Part shown: positions 22,126 through 35,979 of the stretch, piece by piece
How the letters are laid out: every line of letters starts with the position of its first letter
Numbering within the stretch: the first letter of the stretch is position 1
Assembly (NCBI GenBank): GCA_020536535.1
Contig: JAHLWZ010000792.1
Span: 1 to 64,000, forward strand
DNA from: Pelomyxa schiedti
Taxonomy: Eukaryota; Protista; Evosea
Direction of reading: 5' to 3'
Length of the DNA: 64,000 bases
The notes under the pieces: model-generated
The model's input: only the letters and a program-made list of their open reading frames with translations
What the model was told of the DNA's origin: nothing
Database searches by the model: none
Position numbers and translations under genes: made by a program

Positions 22126-25100
22126 ATGCAGCCCGACGCAGCGGAATCGTCGCCCACCGACACCGCAACCACGACATCGACAAACTCTACTGGCACACCC
22201 ATAAGTACGACTGCAAGCGGCACAACCGGAATCACTTTCGACGAGCTCACCTCTGGTGTGCCCTTGTCTTGGTTTTTTTTTTTAAAAAAAAACAAGCTGT
22301 TGGAGCCTCAATGATAGGACCAATAGTGTCATTATACTGTATTAATTATTTCACACCACAGTAATAATAATAAAAAAAAGGCATCACACAGTCACTGGTT
22401 GCAGCCACAAGGGCGTGCAATGGACTCCCTGTGGGCGACGACTATTACTACTACAATGCTCTGCCTGCTTTTAACAATAAGACGTCTGAATCCGGACGAC
22501 GGCTGCTCTCTCTGACACAAAGGCTCATGTCACTCTCAAAGAGAAAGGCGTCGAGGGCTTTTCAGCCTTACCTGGCCAAATTTGGTACAATGTATGGGAA
22601 TTCTGAGGGAGGAGGTTGGACTGTGGACGAGCGGGAAGAACTGTCATCCAAGTACAGTGACACTGTCATAGACGTTGATGACACTTTGCTGGAATTTGTG
22701 GTAACTTATATTTTGTGGATCACACCATCATGGATCTTCCTTGATACCCGTTAGGACCAACTGGCAGATGACGCATCTCTGAAGATTGCAAAAAAGCAGG
22801 ACCCAGCTCTTATCAAAACCGATGTGTCAGTTTCTGGTCAGGTATATCAGAGCCGAATGTGGCTGCAATAACCAAATCGAAGGCCGAGCCGTGCCTGCTA
22901 CTGCACACCAAAAATGTAGAAAGACCACAAAACAAATGGGCTGTTAAAAACCGGAACACACCTTTTGTGCCACAAATCACGCGGAAACCATTTGCACTTG
23001 TGCCACTTCATCCAAGTAAGTTGGTTCTTGTGGCTTATTTTTCCTTATTCCTTCAGTTTATCTTGGAAAAACTGAGAAATTACCTGATGAAGAGTATTTC
23101 TTGTAGTTCATTTCTTCTTTTTACGTTTGTTAGATACCCTCATCCTTATCAATATGAGCTCTCCAACTTATCTCCAACTGTGTGGCAATCAGAGATATGC
23201 AAACCACAAATTCCACCATCACTAGAGCGCACACCATTACACATGATTGACACCCCCGAGCAACTTGCTGAGCTGATTCAAGTTTTAGAGAAAGAATCCA
23301 TTTTTGCCGTTGATCTCGAGGTATCGTTCTGTCCCATTTCTTTGTTTCTCTAATCCTGCTAGGCACATGACTATCGCACTTACGAAGGGTTTGTGTGTCT
23401 GTGCCAGATATCAACAAGATCTACTGACTACATCATTGACACACTTAAACTTCACTTTGAAATGAATACTATGCTTGATGTCTTCGTAAACCCTGCAATA
23501 TTGAAAGTTTTCCACGGAAGTGACTGGGATATTTTGTGGCTTCAAAGAGATTTTGGAATTTATGTGGTCAATATGTTTGATACTGGTCAAGCTGCAAGAG
23601 TACTCGGTTTTGTAGAGCCTCAGCTATTTATCTTTGCCTTATTCCTCGACTAGAATATGGCTCCTATGCCCTTAAATATCTTCTTGATAAGTTCTGTCAC
23701 ATTGACGTTGATAAGTCATTTCAATTAGCTGATTGGAGAATCAGGTTTGAAGTATCCAAAAAGGTTTAAATCCTAAGGAATACCTCCAAGACCCCTCCCG
23801 GAAGAAATGAAAAAGTATGCACGTGAAGACACCCACTATTTGTTGTATGTTTATGATATGATGAAAAATGAGTTGATTGCTCGCGGTAATTCGTCTTTAA
23901 ACTTAATTACGGCAGTATTTCAGAGGTTGTTTCTTCCATCATTGTTTGTTTGTTCATTCTTCCAGGTCCCGAGAAATTTGTTTGCGCATGTACCAGAAAA
24001 GAATAACAAATGACCAGTCTTACACCGCCATACTTCCCAAAATTCGTGCTCCCCTAACAAATATCCAGGTAATTTCCAAGCATCTCTAATCTCAGAGTAA
24101 CACTCTTTTCCCAATCAAGCTGAAGGCATTGAAGAATCTATACCTGTGGCGGGATGGATATGCTAGGAATGAAGATGAAAGCACTCGGTATTTGCAATAC
24201 GATTCATACCAATAACTTGCACTTATTCCACGAAAAAGTTACATACTCCCGGATTATATGCTTATACAAATTGCCATGGTTTGCCCCACAGACACCCGGT
24301 CACTTCTGTCGTGTTGTTCTCCTGTACCGCCCTCTGTAAGACTCTGCTCATCACAGATTCTGGAAATAATAAAGGAAGCAAAAGCCACGGTATTTCCTGA
24401 TTTCCTTTAAGTGCTCGTTGGAGGGGATAAGGAATCTCTCCACAAAACACCCACAGTGAACCAAAGCCAAACAGGCAGATACAGAAATGCCTCGCCAGCT
24501 TGATGTTGTGGCAGCTCCTCCCAAGCGCACTCAACCTGACCATTTGCGATGGGATCAGGATGATGAAGTAGAACAAGATACCGTCAATGATGACCAAGTC
24601 GATGACAACTTAATCACCTCTAAGCCTGAAATTCTGGGCACCAGAACAAACAATATATCTATTCAGTCTCCCATTCTTATAAAGAGTGGTGTCTTCGACA
24701 TCCCCATGCCAATGAGTGAGGAAGATGTAAGCCACAGTAGTTTTTTTTATGCATCTTATCCTGTAAGGCCGAAAGTCAGCGAATTGCCAAAACTGTCTCA
24801 GATGCTGTCAGTGTTCCATTGCCATTCATGGCACAGTTCAGTCAACCACAAGTTCCAGATATTGAGCCCCCACCAGAGGAGCCAGAGTCACCTGTTACAG
24901 CACCACTACAGCCACAAGGCGCCGATATTCTGAAAACACTAGAAAGCCAAGAATCAACAGTGCCCGTGGATATTATAGTTGATCGAGTTGGTAAGATAGC
25001 CCGGCTTCCATTCTTTTCTAAACTGTATAAGGGAAAAGTGACACAGCATATTCTCTCATTGTATTCATTTTCTGTAAATTTTTTCTCTCCACTAAAAAAA

Positions 25101-25555
25101 AAAAGACCAAGAAGACGAAGAAAAGAGCAGAAGGAAAACTTTTGACGGTGGTAGATGTACCTGATGCGGAGTCTGACAGCCAAGATGAAGCAGAAAAGAA
25201 ACAATCGTATGCCATGTGAAATACCAAACATTATCTAAGTTGCACACCAGCGGCGCATTCCAGTATGAAGAGCCACACCGCCCATTCGAAATACCTGGTG
25301 CACAACCAACCCCCGAGTCTACCAAACGACAGAAGGGAATCAAGAAGAATGTTACACAGCATGCACCATTTACAGTTCTGCCTCCCGATTTGGTAAGTTA
25401 TTTCAATTCCTCCAATATGACTTTGCAAATTAACTCCCAACACAAACCCAAACAAACAACTACAGCCACGTGAAAGAGGCAAACAAACGCAAGTTGCCAA
25501 AGTCCGCAAAGGCCAGGACCGGGCTGCATCCTTCTCCTACAACAACAACCCATAA
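22126..25555 (+). CDS. RRP6: Exosome component 10 / RRP6 3'-5' exonuclease, multi-exon
   Basis: PMC2NT-like N-terminus ([13 protein letters not shown]), then [15 protein letters not shown]|[62 protein letters not shown] and an HRDC region. Confidence 0.95.
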
Positions 25556-25704
25556 TTCTTCTCACGGCCATACTCCACCCAAACCACCAGAAAGGCATCA
25601 ATCAGTTCCCTGCATCACGACTTTTCTTTTTGTCGTTTGAAATCTCGAATCCAAAAAATCATAAAAATAAAATAAAGTTCAGTGGAAAGGCGACGATCTA
25701 AGGG

Positions 25705-27896
25705 ATGTTGGGGTTGTCATTTGGTCTTGGTGCTGCAGCAGCAGTGGTATGGTACTTTTGATACACAATGCACTCGGAACGGGATCTTACGTTTGGCTTT
25801 TCTGGGTTGTTTTGTTGTTTGTGGGGTAGGCTGTTGTTGTGGTTTGTTTCATTACAGGGAAGCATTTTCGGGATCACCATGACACTACGAGGATACCACT
25901 TTGGACCAGCGGCGTTGGCGTATGTGCAGTACTCTTTGTGGTAGTTTTGCTGCCTTCTGACATAAACTTGTGCGTACCCGGGTTTTTGGTTTTTCTTTCC
26001 ATTTGAGTGACATTACAATTGGGGAATTAAATCCTATTTTGTGGTTGTTGTCGTGTATCTGGCCCACAATCCCACAGTAATTCCTAGAGCCTCTGACAAT
26101 GCAGATAAACCTGGGGCTTCTACTGCCATAGAAATTGTATATTATGGTAACATACTCTCCTCTTCTCCACACACCCATTTTCCCTAGTGTTGTACACTGT
26201 TGCGTGCCTGTATGTCTTCATAGTGGTACCGTTCTGTTACTGGTTCTACACTGAATATGACGAGATAATATCTTTACCTCGTCGCTGTTTTGGGGGTGCA
26301 AAGTGGACAATCATATTTGTAATGATTTGCACTGTACTACTTCTATTTGGCTGCCTTTGGAGGGTTTCTACCACCCACCTTTTTGAAAGACTGTTCACAA
26401 CTATGCTAGCCTCAAGGTGTGGATGTTTCAAATGCCAACACTGCTGAATGGGTGGACTTCATCACTCATGAAACAAACAGTAAGTAATTCAGTAAGTAAT
26501 TCGTTGTGCTTTGTATTTATTATTGCAAATCATATGTTTTCTGAAGGCTATGAGAATGGTATAATGCTTTTTATTGGAAGTATAACATTAGTTGGACTAC
26601 TGTCTTGGTGCATGTATACAGTACATTCCTTTCCTCACTAAAGTGGGGCCTTAACTAGTTTTAGGCATACGGGCTTGTGGGTTTCCCGTTATCTCTGATT
26701 AAGGGGTTCCGACAAATAGAAAAGGACCTCAAAGTGATTGATACTGATATTGATAAGAACAAATCGGAAGTTCGTGCCATACATGCAAAATACCTTGGTG
26801 GAAGAACTATGTCGGTTGAAGACGAGGAAAGGCTCAAACTTCTAAAGAGGCAAGAAGAGTGAGTCCCGTTTTATGTCTTTTTCGTTTGTGTAAATTTTTG
26901 CAATCAGAATTATGCAAAACGAGACCTGGAAAATAAAGCACAGCTCCCGGTGCTGGAGTTTTATCAGGCTCTTAAAAAGATACAGCTTTGTGTTCGGAAT
27001 ATTCTTTTTCCTCGTTTCTGTGCTCATAATGGTTTCCATTATTATCAGCCAAATCAATAGTGTATATTCTCTTTTCATTCAACCCCATATTGAAGGTCCA
27101 CAGATTTTGTATTCACCCTGTGGTATTGGCTGCGGTTTTATGCTATCTCACCCCGACATCCCAAATCCCGTTGACGGACTTCTTGTCCTTCTTTCTCCTG
27201 TACGAGTAGATATTATGCAGAAAAGCGTACTAACTTGGCTTCAGTACTTTCCGTTGGATTATGCAATTTACATACCTCTAGTCGCCTATCTTGTAGCTTG
27301 TACAATATATAGCGTTCAACTCTTTGGGATAAGGCTCATATGTATTCCTGTATTATTGCGTTGTGTGCTTCTTTATTTAATTTTCTGAAGATAGGAGTAC
27401 TCGAGAGTCATAAAACACTGCCGCAAGCATTGTTGTCTCTATGTCTAGTTACAATTTTAGCAACGCTGGGGCTGAACTTACAACTCCCGTTATTGGCTCC
27501 CCAGTATGTGCTCTTCGGACCTCAAGAATGGACCAATTATGTGCGCACTCCATATCAACGCAACCATTCACACAGATAAAGAACAACACGAGTGTCTCGT
27601 GCTCATTTGAGGCACCAGTGTCATCCTGTGTACTGTCTGAGATGGGGAAATTCATTACAGGCGTTCAACTGGACCTGAATATCTTTGCCCACGCTCTTTT
27701 CTGGGTGACCTGGCTGTTTGTATTTCTATGGTTCTGCGGTAAAGCACACCAAAAACAACCCCACCCAACACCAATCCAATCTAACCCAAAAAAAGCCGTC
27801 ATGCACGTTCTCGTTCAACGAAAAAGAGCTCACGACCAATCCATGCGGGACGCAGTGGAATCGCCGGTGTTGCTCGAAACAACCACTAAAGTTTAG
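25705..27896 (+). CDS. LMBR1-family multi-pass membrane protein (LMBRD1-like), multi-exon
   Basis: LLPSDI, VPFCYWFYTEYDE, YT|AYGLVGFPLSLIKG, CGIGCGFML..NPVD, YFPLDY and LAPQYVLFGPQ, plus many hydrophobic segments. Confidence 0.85.
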
Positions 27897-28182
27897 AATA
27901 GACACACCCCAACTTTGACCGGATCCAAAATTGTATCCGTTTCTCTATTTTGCTTTTTCATCTTGCCGAAAAATCCATAAAAGTAAACGCCGGAGGCTTT
28001 TTCCACTCCTTTTTCCCTCACCGTTTAAACAACGGCGGGTTTTTTGGGGGCCCCCACAAACCCCAATTCTTGTCTGTTGTTTTTCTGCAGGCTTTTTAAT
28101 CCCCGGCGCCACTCACACAAAACAACAAATAAAAAAGAAAAGTCAAGTCGTGTGCAACAAGCAAAACACAAACAAAAAAAAA

Positions 28183-29207
28183 ATGAAGGCAGTACTTGTT
28201 CTTCTCTTTGTTGCCGTTGCATCGGCTTCACTTGCAGAGTTCCGCCAATGGGCCGTGGAGCACGGAAAGACCTATGCACCACTTCAGGAGCAGCTCCGCT
28301 ACAGAATCTGGTCCAAGAACATGAAGGAGTTCGCCAAGTTCAACGCTGAGGGACACTCATGGACTGTTGGACCCAACAAGTTCACCGACCTCACCCCTGA
28401 GGAGTTCGAAGTATGTTTGCTTTATTTGGTTTTTTGTGTTGTCCTAACCCTTCCGCAGTCCCAATACCTCATGAGGCCACAAATCCACCCCAACGTCACA
28501 GTCATTTCCGCACCAACAGCAGTTGCTGATGTCGACTGGACAAGCAAGTGCACAGGAGTCAAGGATCAGGGCCAATGCGGATCATGCTGGACATTCGGCT
28601 CCATCGGTGCCATTGAAGCATGCCGAAACATCCTTGGCGACGGCCAGCTTATCTCCCTCTCTGAGCAAGACCTCGTTGACTGCTGCACCGGTATCTGCTG
28701 CAGTGGATGCGATGGCGGCACAATTGTCGGAGCCTTCAAGTGCGCTGAGTCTGGTCTCCCAACTGAGGCGTCGTACCCATACACCGCTGTTGACACTGCT
28801 GACTGCCTCAAGTCCACCAAGGTCACCAAGGTCACCTCCTACACCTCTGTCACCTCCGGCTCAGTCTCAGGACTCCAGACCGCCCTTGAGACTCAACCAA
28901 TTGCCGTTGCCATTGATGCCCGCTTGCTCTCGTATGCACTTTTTGCTTTCCTACTTTTCTTTTCCTAACGCTTCCTCCTTCCAGATCTTACAAGAGCGGA
29001 ATCTGGTGCCCATCTGCCTGCTCCACCTCATCCCTTGATCATGCCGTCCTTCTTGTTGGCCTCAACAATGCTCAGGCATACTACAAGATCAAGAACAGCT
29101 GGGGAACATCATGGGGAGAGTCAGGCTACTTCCGCATGTGCATTGGTACCAACCAGTGCGGTATTGCCACAGATGCTGCTTACCCCAAGGGATGCGCCAA
29201 GGTCTAA
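28183..29207 (+). CDS. Papain-family (cathepsin L-like) cysteine protease precursor
   Basis: Signal peptide MKAVLVLLFVAVASA, I29 prodomain (GPNKFTDLT), QGQCGSCW, DHAVLLVG and KNSWGTSWGESGY. Two introns. Confidence 0.95.
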
Positions 29208-29589
29208 GCGACTCCTGAATTTGCATTTTTAACAAAAAGTCTGTTTTTCTTCTTAAATTCCCTCTTGGTTCAAGATCACTCTTCACTGATAATATGTAAA
29301 CAAATCAGTGCTAAGTTGTGGCACTCAGGTACAAATTCTCTAACTCGAACCTGGGGTGTCAAGCTGTCTAGAATGTACCACCTAAGAAGACGAGGACCTA
29401 GTGTTTATCTGAAGGTTGCACACAGAAATCATTTGCAACCTCATGTGGTCCCACCACCACATTTTCAAAACTAACTCCCGGCTTGTTACAGGAGGAACAA
29501 CAGGGCAACAAAGAGTTGAATGGAATTGTCTTAACAGGAAAAACTCGAGTTTTTAAAAAAAAATCCATTACTGTGTGGTGGAGCCAGTG

Positions 29590-32500
29590 TCAAATAGACA
29601 TTAGGAAGGCGTTTATCCAGTCAGCAAAGTCCACCAAAGAGTGAGTGTAGCCAAAGTCACGCAGGCGGGTGTACCTCTGGACCACATCAAATTGCAGTAG
29701 TAGGTGCAATTTCCTTAGATCACAGGGGCACAGGTTCATTGGTTGTGCGTAGTCCTCGGCCAGGTGCCCAGATCCGTTCATCAAACACTGGCGATACACA
29801 CAGTGTCCAATCCCAAAGAGATGTCCAATCTCGTGTGCCATTAACTTGCAGCATCTCTCCAATAGCAGTCTCCCTATTTTGGGTTTTTTTTTTTGGTTGT
29901 TGTTAGGGGAAAATGGGGTTTGTAGTTGTGGATTTGAAGAGGAAGGGGAAAGACATACTTGCTAGTTGGATGTCACATGGGAATGGCTCGGTTGGTGAAA
30001 CCATGGCCCTATGGGCAAACAGAGGGTCATATCTGGCAAATGAGAAAATTGCTTGGCCACTGCCGCCGTGGGCCATTCCGGCCACAAAGGAATCCGTTCT
30101 TCCGTCATAAAGGTCTTCCATAGTCACCCCAACAACACATAGCTGTGTATATTTCAGAAGTTGATTAGACGATTGGAGGTGCGGATGGTTCAGTAGTACG
30201 GTACTAAATTGAAGTGTTTCTATTTTGTTGAGTACTGCTCATACCGCTTCAGGTGGTGTAATCCGGTGCAAAACAGAGAGAATTGGATCCACTGCTAATT
30301 GCCTATGTGTTTTTTTCATCTTGTGCCGGTCATAGGGGTGTGCTACTCTATGAGTCAGGGTGTAATGTCCACAGTGAATGGATGGGTAACTTCCCGTAGC
30401 TAGGTATTGTACATTGTTATCTATGGAACACTCAATGTGAATCACTTACGAACTTTTAGGTACAGGCTCTTTCTTTCGTTGACAACTGAAAGGGGGGGCA
30501 AAAACTCAAAGTTAAGCGGCATAAAAAATATCCTTGCAAACTCCAGGATATAATTATAATTCACCTCCGAGCTTCTGTACGATTTTTCAGAAGAGGTTAT
30601 CAGAGAGCAAAAGGTGTGAAGCCCTACCCAAAAAGACATGGTGACCCTATGACCACAATATAGGCCTTGGTTTTTCCTTCCCGTATCATCCTCAATGCTC
30701 TGTGATGTGAGTTGATGTATTTGTGAACACTCTGGGGGTGTTCAGGATATTGTGCCAACCAGTCATCTTGATGAGTTGGCCTTGGTAATGGAGGAAAGAA
30801 TGGAATTTGAAGTGGTGCTGAAGCTGTAGACGCAGTTGTGTGATCAGCACCAGTGTTGGTGGACACTTGCAACCGGCACAAATTTGGGTCAAACCATTTG
30901 GAAAGTGGCCCTTCCTCATCAGGTGATGTTAGAATAGCATCAAGTACTTCTTGCTCAGTGGGAAGCTTGAACCGTGGGTGAAAGCCCACTTTCTTCTTAG
31001 TGACGCGGCTTTTTTTACGTGAGGGTTGTCCATAGTCAGAGTCTGATGGATGGCTGCCCACAGAATCATAACTGCTTTCACTTTCTCTGTCATCACGGGC
31101 ACTTTCCACATTGCCATCATCTTCATCACTATCGCTGTGACTGTCGCCATCGCTGTCACTCTCACTGTCGTAACTGTCACTGTCACTGTCACTGTCACTC
31201 TCACTGTCAGAGCTGGACTTTAAACATTCAGTCGCGGATGGGTGTTTCAAATCGTAATCTTGTAGACGACGGATTAAAACTGCCTTCAAGCCACTAACGG
31301 GTAGTCCTCTTCTGTGTAAAATGGCGCGAAGTTTAACTACTGTCATGTTATTGTATCTTCTACTCACAGATGTGCCCTTGATTTATACATAAAGATGTTG
31401 ACACTAAGCTCTAAGAAGGATATGTACTTGTGAGCACCGCTGGGGAGAGGGAGTACTTAACGTTGTTTCACATACAGTACCTGCAGAAGTGGACATAATT
31501 CCTATGTTTCTGTTACAAGTGGAGATAGAATAACACTGGAGCATAAGATAGTTTACCATTTATCACCTTGTAAGATGCGGTCTTGCTTTGAAGGTCAACA
31601 GGTAATTTGTGAAGAGTGTCGCCAATGGAAATGCTTATCTCTTTACAAACTTTTGTTGTGATAGTATATGGACCATGTGGTGGGTGTAACCTAAAAGAAA
31701 TTTGCGCAGAGTCCTACAATATATGGGTATGGAAGATAATAACTGGAAGCAAGAAAAAACCTCCAACTCAATTCTTAAAGTATTGGTCAAAATTGTGAAC
31801 TTTGTATCTGAACATCCTTGAACGAGGAGCTTTCCACTTGCAACGTGTGTGTCAATAGAGACTGTACAGTTTTCACAGCACACGACCGAAATGTTTTCGA
31901 GAGATCCAGTTGCCACGGATATAATACTGTGGTTACACTTACTAATAAGAAGTGAATCTGGAAGCCTTATGGAAACTTTTCAGTGTTCAGAAAATGTTTG
32001 TACAAGCCATACTGGCAATCAGCTATTGTAAGGTCTTTGTCACTTACTTGGATCACCTGAGTGTGAGTTGTTTGCTCTTCACTTGGGGCATTTGTGCACA
32101 GATTCAGGCCAATTGCCTCGTCTCTCACCAAATGCAAGCTCTAACACGGTTAAGCCACACACAAAGGGAATGTCCCATGAATGTGATGGTATTAGTATCA
32201 TATTGTAGTGAAAAGGTTGGCATTATCGATACCTTGTTTTCAATGTAAGCTTCACACAAATAACACCAGAATGACATGTCAGACAATGACAGTGCGATTG
32301 GATGTGCAGAATCCGCGTGGTGTTTCTCAGCATGACCTTGCACATACCTACTGCAGTTCCTCGCATAACATGTAACACACAGCCAATTCTCCCTCGCTTC
32401 TCCACATTGTGAGCACCCACCTTCATCCAAAACGGTTGTAAGTTGTGACCTCAACAAAAACCCACCCAAAGCACCCAGATAGTACCGCTCCTCAAAAGCG

Positions 32501-32637
32501 ATATTATTATACACACCTTTTACAGCAACATTTGGTTTTTGTGAAGCAGATTTCGCTAATGCACCGGCCACGTGGGGGCACTTTTCATTTACCACGACGG
32601 CAAATCCACAGGGCGACACCGACGACCGCGACGCCAT
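29590..32637 (-). CDS. Probable fusion: zf-UBP + CAP C-terminal-like beta-helix + SAP + archaemetzincin (M54) metalloprotease (alternatively two abutting genes)
   Basis: zf-UBP: CPHV..CSQC..ENWLCVTC..CSRYVQGHAEKH..LSLSDMSFWCYLC. Beta-helix-like: ISVVCCENCTVSID..VQGCSDTKF. SAP: MTVVKLRAILHRRGLPVSGLKAVLIRRL. M54: HEIGHLFGIGHC..CLMNGS..LCPCDLRKL. A 55-nt GT-AG intron near 31500-31560 joins the two halves in frame. Confidence 0.7.
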
Positions 32638-32686
32638 TAAACAAATCGCGTTTGGCGAAAATGTACGCGATCGATCAAACAAAAAA

Positions 32687-32777
32687 TGGCTGAATAAAAT
32701 AATCAACAGACCGGAACGCCGTCATTTTCGTTATCGTCGCTCAGTCTCGGCGGTCTGGTGTTTTTTTTATTCAGCCA
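32687..32777. repeat. Palindromic element with 27-bp inverted arms at a gene 5' end
   Basis: 32687-32713 TGGCTGAATAAAATAATCAACAGACCG matches the reverse complement of 32751-32777 at 24/27 positions, with a 37-nt spacer. Confidence 0.8.
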
Positions 32778-33530
32778 AATGAAAAAGGGAAGAGAAAGAA
32801 CACTATTCAAAATCTTTCGTGGTTGGTTCTTTACGGACCCCCCTCACTTATTGTTTTTCTTTCGATTCAAATTCCAACGAGGCTCCATATAAAGAAGTCC
32901 CAAGGGGGTCCAAACAGGGTAATAGGCTTAAGAGATCGAATTTAGAAGGTTAGATTGGACCATAGCCATACGATTAGACAATAGCATACTGGGCCACAGG
33001 GTCAGAGGGGGTAACCAACAGAGAGGACCTGACCCTTACCAACTACCATGAGACCCACGAAGATAGGAATACTGCCTCCCAGCAGCATCAGTGCAGGACC
33101 CGCACTGACACCATCTGTTAGCAGAAGGAAAGGTATTGTTTTTCCCTTATTGTGCATCCAAGACGCAAGGACAGCTGGACTGTGGGCTGTGACGTGCCGG
33201 TCCTGTTCCCTTGTTGTGTCAGGAGTAAGAGCCACACAAGAGCGTTGTTGCCGAATCTACGACACAGCCCGACAGTTGAAGAAGGAAAAAAAAAGAGAAG
33301 TTTTAAGGGAACGATCATCATCATGATCCGGACTCACTAGCAACTCTGCTTCCCTCGCTGTTGCAAATCCCCAAGTCCACTTAATTACTGTTTACCCCTG
33401 TTTTCTTGGTTATGCCTGTTGGTACCAACCCCTCATCCCTTGATGGCTGTTTTTGGCTTGTTGGAAAATCAAATTCAGCGGCATAAAGAAAAAAGAAATA
33501 GTGAGGGGGCCCAGTTCTTTATTGACACCT

Positions 33531-35706
33531 TCAGGTGCTTTTCTTTTTAGCAGTTCGTCTTCTCTTGTTGGTGTTCGTGGTTGGGTTCTTTGTTGACTTC
33601 ACTATGGGTTTGTTTGCATCTCGCTTTCTGCGTGGTGCAGTTGTTTCTGTCTCTGTTGGTGTTGGTGTTTGTGCTTGTGCTTGTGAGGGGGGTGTGTTGT
33701 CTGATTTGAGTGGTGCTACACTTTTGGTGGTTGTTGTGGTAGCGGTCGAGGTTGTGGTTGCAGGTGCGGTTGATGGTTCAGTTTCTTTATCACTCTCTTC
33801 TCCCTCGATTTCTACTTCACTCCGGGTGAACTCGGGAAGTGGTAGGGGGGTCTTTTTGAGCTTCTTCTCAATAAATCGTTTGGCCTCTGTAATAGCAAAT
33901 TCAGATGTAGCCAATTCCTACAAATGTTAATTTTCTTTGGTTTTTTGAATGCCCATACAAGTTTGGATTGCTCTACAATTTGTATAACACGGTCAGCAAG
34001 TCCATCATCCACAAGAACTTGCTCTTTTATCAACTTCTTGCCTATTTTGTTGTATTAGACTTCTAACTAAGCATCAACAGAACAGGAATTCACCAATTGA
34101 TTTTTCCAGCAGATGTAGTTTCGCTGCTTCATTAAGATGAACGAGTGTGATTGCTAAGCCGGAGGTGCCCGCTCTTGCTTCATGATGTGATATTAAGGGA
34201 AATGGAATGTTACAGGAAGGACTACCAGTTCTACCAACTCGGTGGACATAGCAGTCAGGCTCGGGAATATGAAAATTGATCACCAGTTGACACAGAGGCA
34301 AGTCAAGACCTCTAACAAGGTTATACCACCTTCACAAAATGAAAAGCAAACCTGCTAGCAACGTCTGTAGCAATTAGCACTTTGGCTTTTGAACGAGAAA
34401 AAAGCTGGGACAAAATCATTGCGATGTTGGAGAAATACAGAACAAACCCAAAGAGACATGTTTCGTTCTTGTTGATTCATTGTTGAATGCAACACTGTAC
34501 AAGGGATTTGCACTTTGGAAAGAATAGAATTCAGTAGTTCAACTTCCCTGCATGGGTAATTATCAATTTAAAAAAAAAAAGAGATAAATGAGAGTATGAG
34601 GCAAAACTGCATAATACAGAAAGAACTCACTCTCGTGTATCCGCAAATAAAACTGTTTGCAAGTGCAATTTATTCAAGATGGTGATAAGGTAGCCCTCCT
34701 TTGCCACCTCGGGCACAATGACGAACTTTTGGATGCAATTCTTCACAGGTTGGTTCCTAGAAGTAATGAGAAACGACGGGTCTCTAAATGTGAGACAAAC
34801 TTCTCTGACAAGAAACACCAAACAGGATTAATTACTGGAAGCATGATTTTACTGCCGGCTATATTAGACATTGTGGCAGACATGAGAGCAACTTGTTTGC
34901 GTTTATTAGTAATTCTTCCCATGATGATATCCATATCAGCCACATATTTTGGTTGGCCAATCAAACGGTCAGCTTCATCCAAAACCTACCCCAAACTCAG
35001 AAAAGAAGAGGCAACAAGAAATAATACAAGAAAGCGTGTAGTTTTTAGAGAAAATGTAGGATCTGCATCAAGGATTGCAGAAAGTCTTCCAGGTGATCCA
35101 ACCACAACATGTGGTTTATAAGAAAGGCTTAATGATTGTCCAGTGTAATCTAAGCTGGTTTATAAGAGAAAACCTAGGGGACAGTTTATTACTTGTTCCA
35201 CCAGTGATATCGACGACCTTTATACGAAGTGGTCTTCCAAAGGAAGTCATATGCTCAGAAATCTGAATTGCCAGCTCACTGGTTGTGTCACTAAAAGAAA
35301 GTAAAATATGGTGGCTTACCGGGTTGGTGAGAGACAAACACAGGACAGACAGGTCATTTCTTTCGCTAATATGTTCAAAATTGGTGCCGCAAAGGCAAGT
35401 GTCTTTCCACTTCCAGTCTCTGCACTGGCAACAACGTCCCTACCTCGAGAGAGGAAAAGCCATAAGAAACAAAATTGCTCATAGCAAACGCAAAAGAATG
35501 GGAAGATGGTAGAATGGAAAAATACCAGCCAACATAGGCGGTATAACAACTTTCTGAACCGGTGTCGGTTTTTCGATCTTCAGAGATCTAAGCGCGTCAA
35601 CCAACCACTTTGACAAGCCAAGGTCCGTAAAGTTGTCCGGAGCTGTTTCCGCCGCCTCGTTCGTGTCCGTAACGATCTTGTTTACTTCACTAACGTCAGG
35701 CGCCAT
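33531..35706 (-). CDS. DDX49: DEAD-box RNA helicase, DDX49/Dbp8-like, multi-exon
   Basis: FTDLGLSKWL..PTPVQ, AETGSGKT, PTRELAIQI, DEADRL, SAT and YVHRVGRTARAG. Confidence 0.85.
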
Positions 35707-35979
35707 TGTTGTAGTCGCCCTAGCCGACACATCCGCCGCGCTCTCAGATCTCGCCTTCGCCCCGCTGACCCCACACGAGAACAGTTGCATTTCTTTTAAT
35801 TAACGATCTATTGCCCCGCATCAAGCAGTGTTAAGATTTCCTCTCATCAGAACTGGAACCTTAGTCGACCAGTGGCATTAGTTGCCTGCAGGTTCTCTCC
35901 CTGAGAAAGTCGGAACCAGGCAACCCTCAGAACGAAGAGAATTAGAAAAACCGAAAATTTTTGGATCTTAACTGCTCGT

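Noticed and set aside
35835-35865. Minus-strand CTGATGA-gag-GAAA resembling a hammerhead ribozyme core
   Set aside because: There is no room for stem II and no convincing stems I/III.
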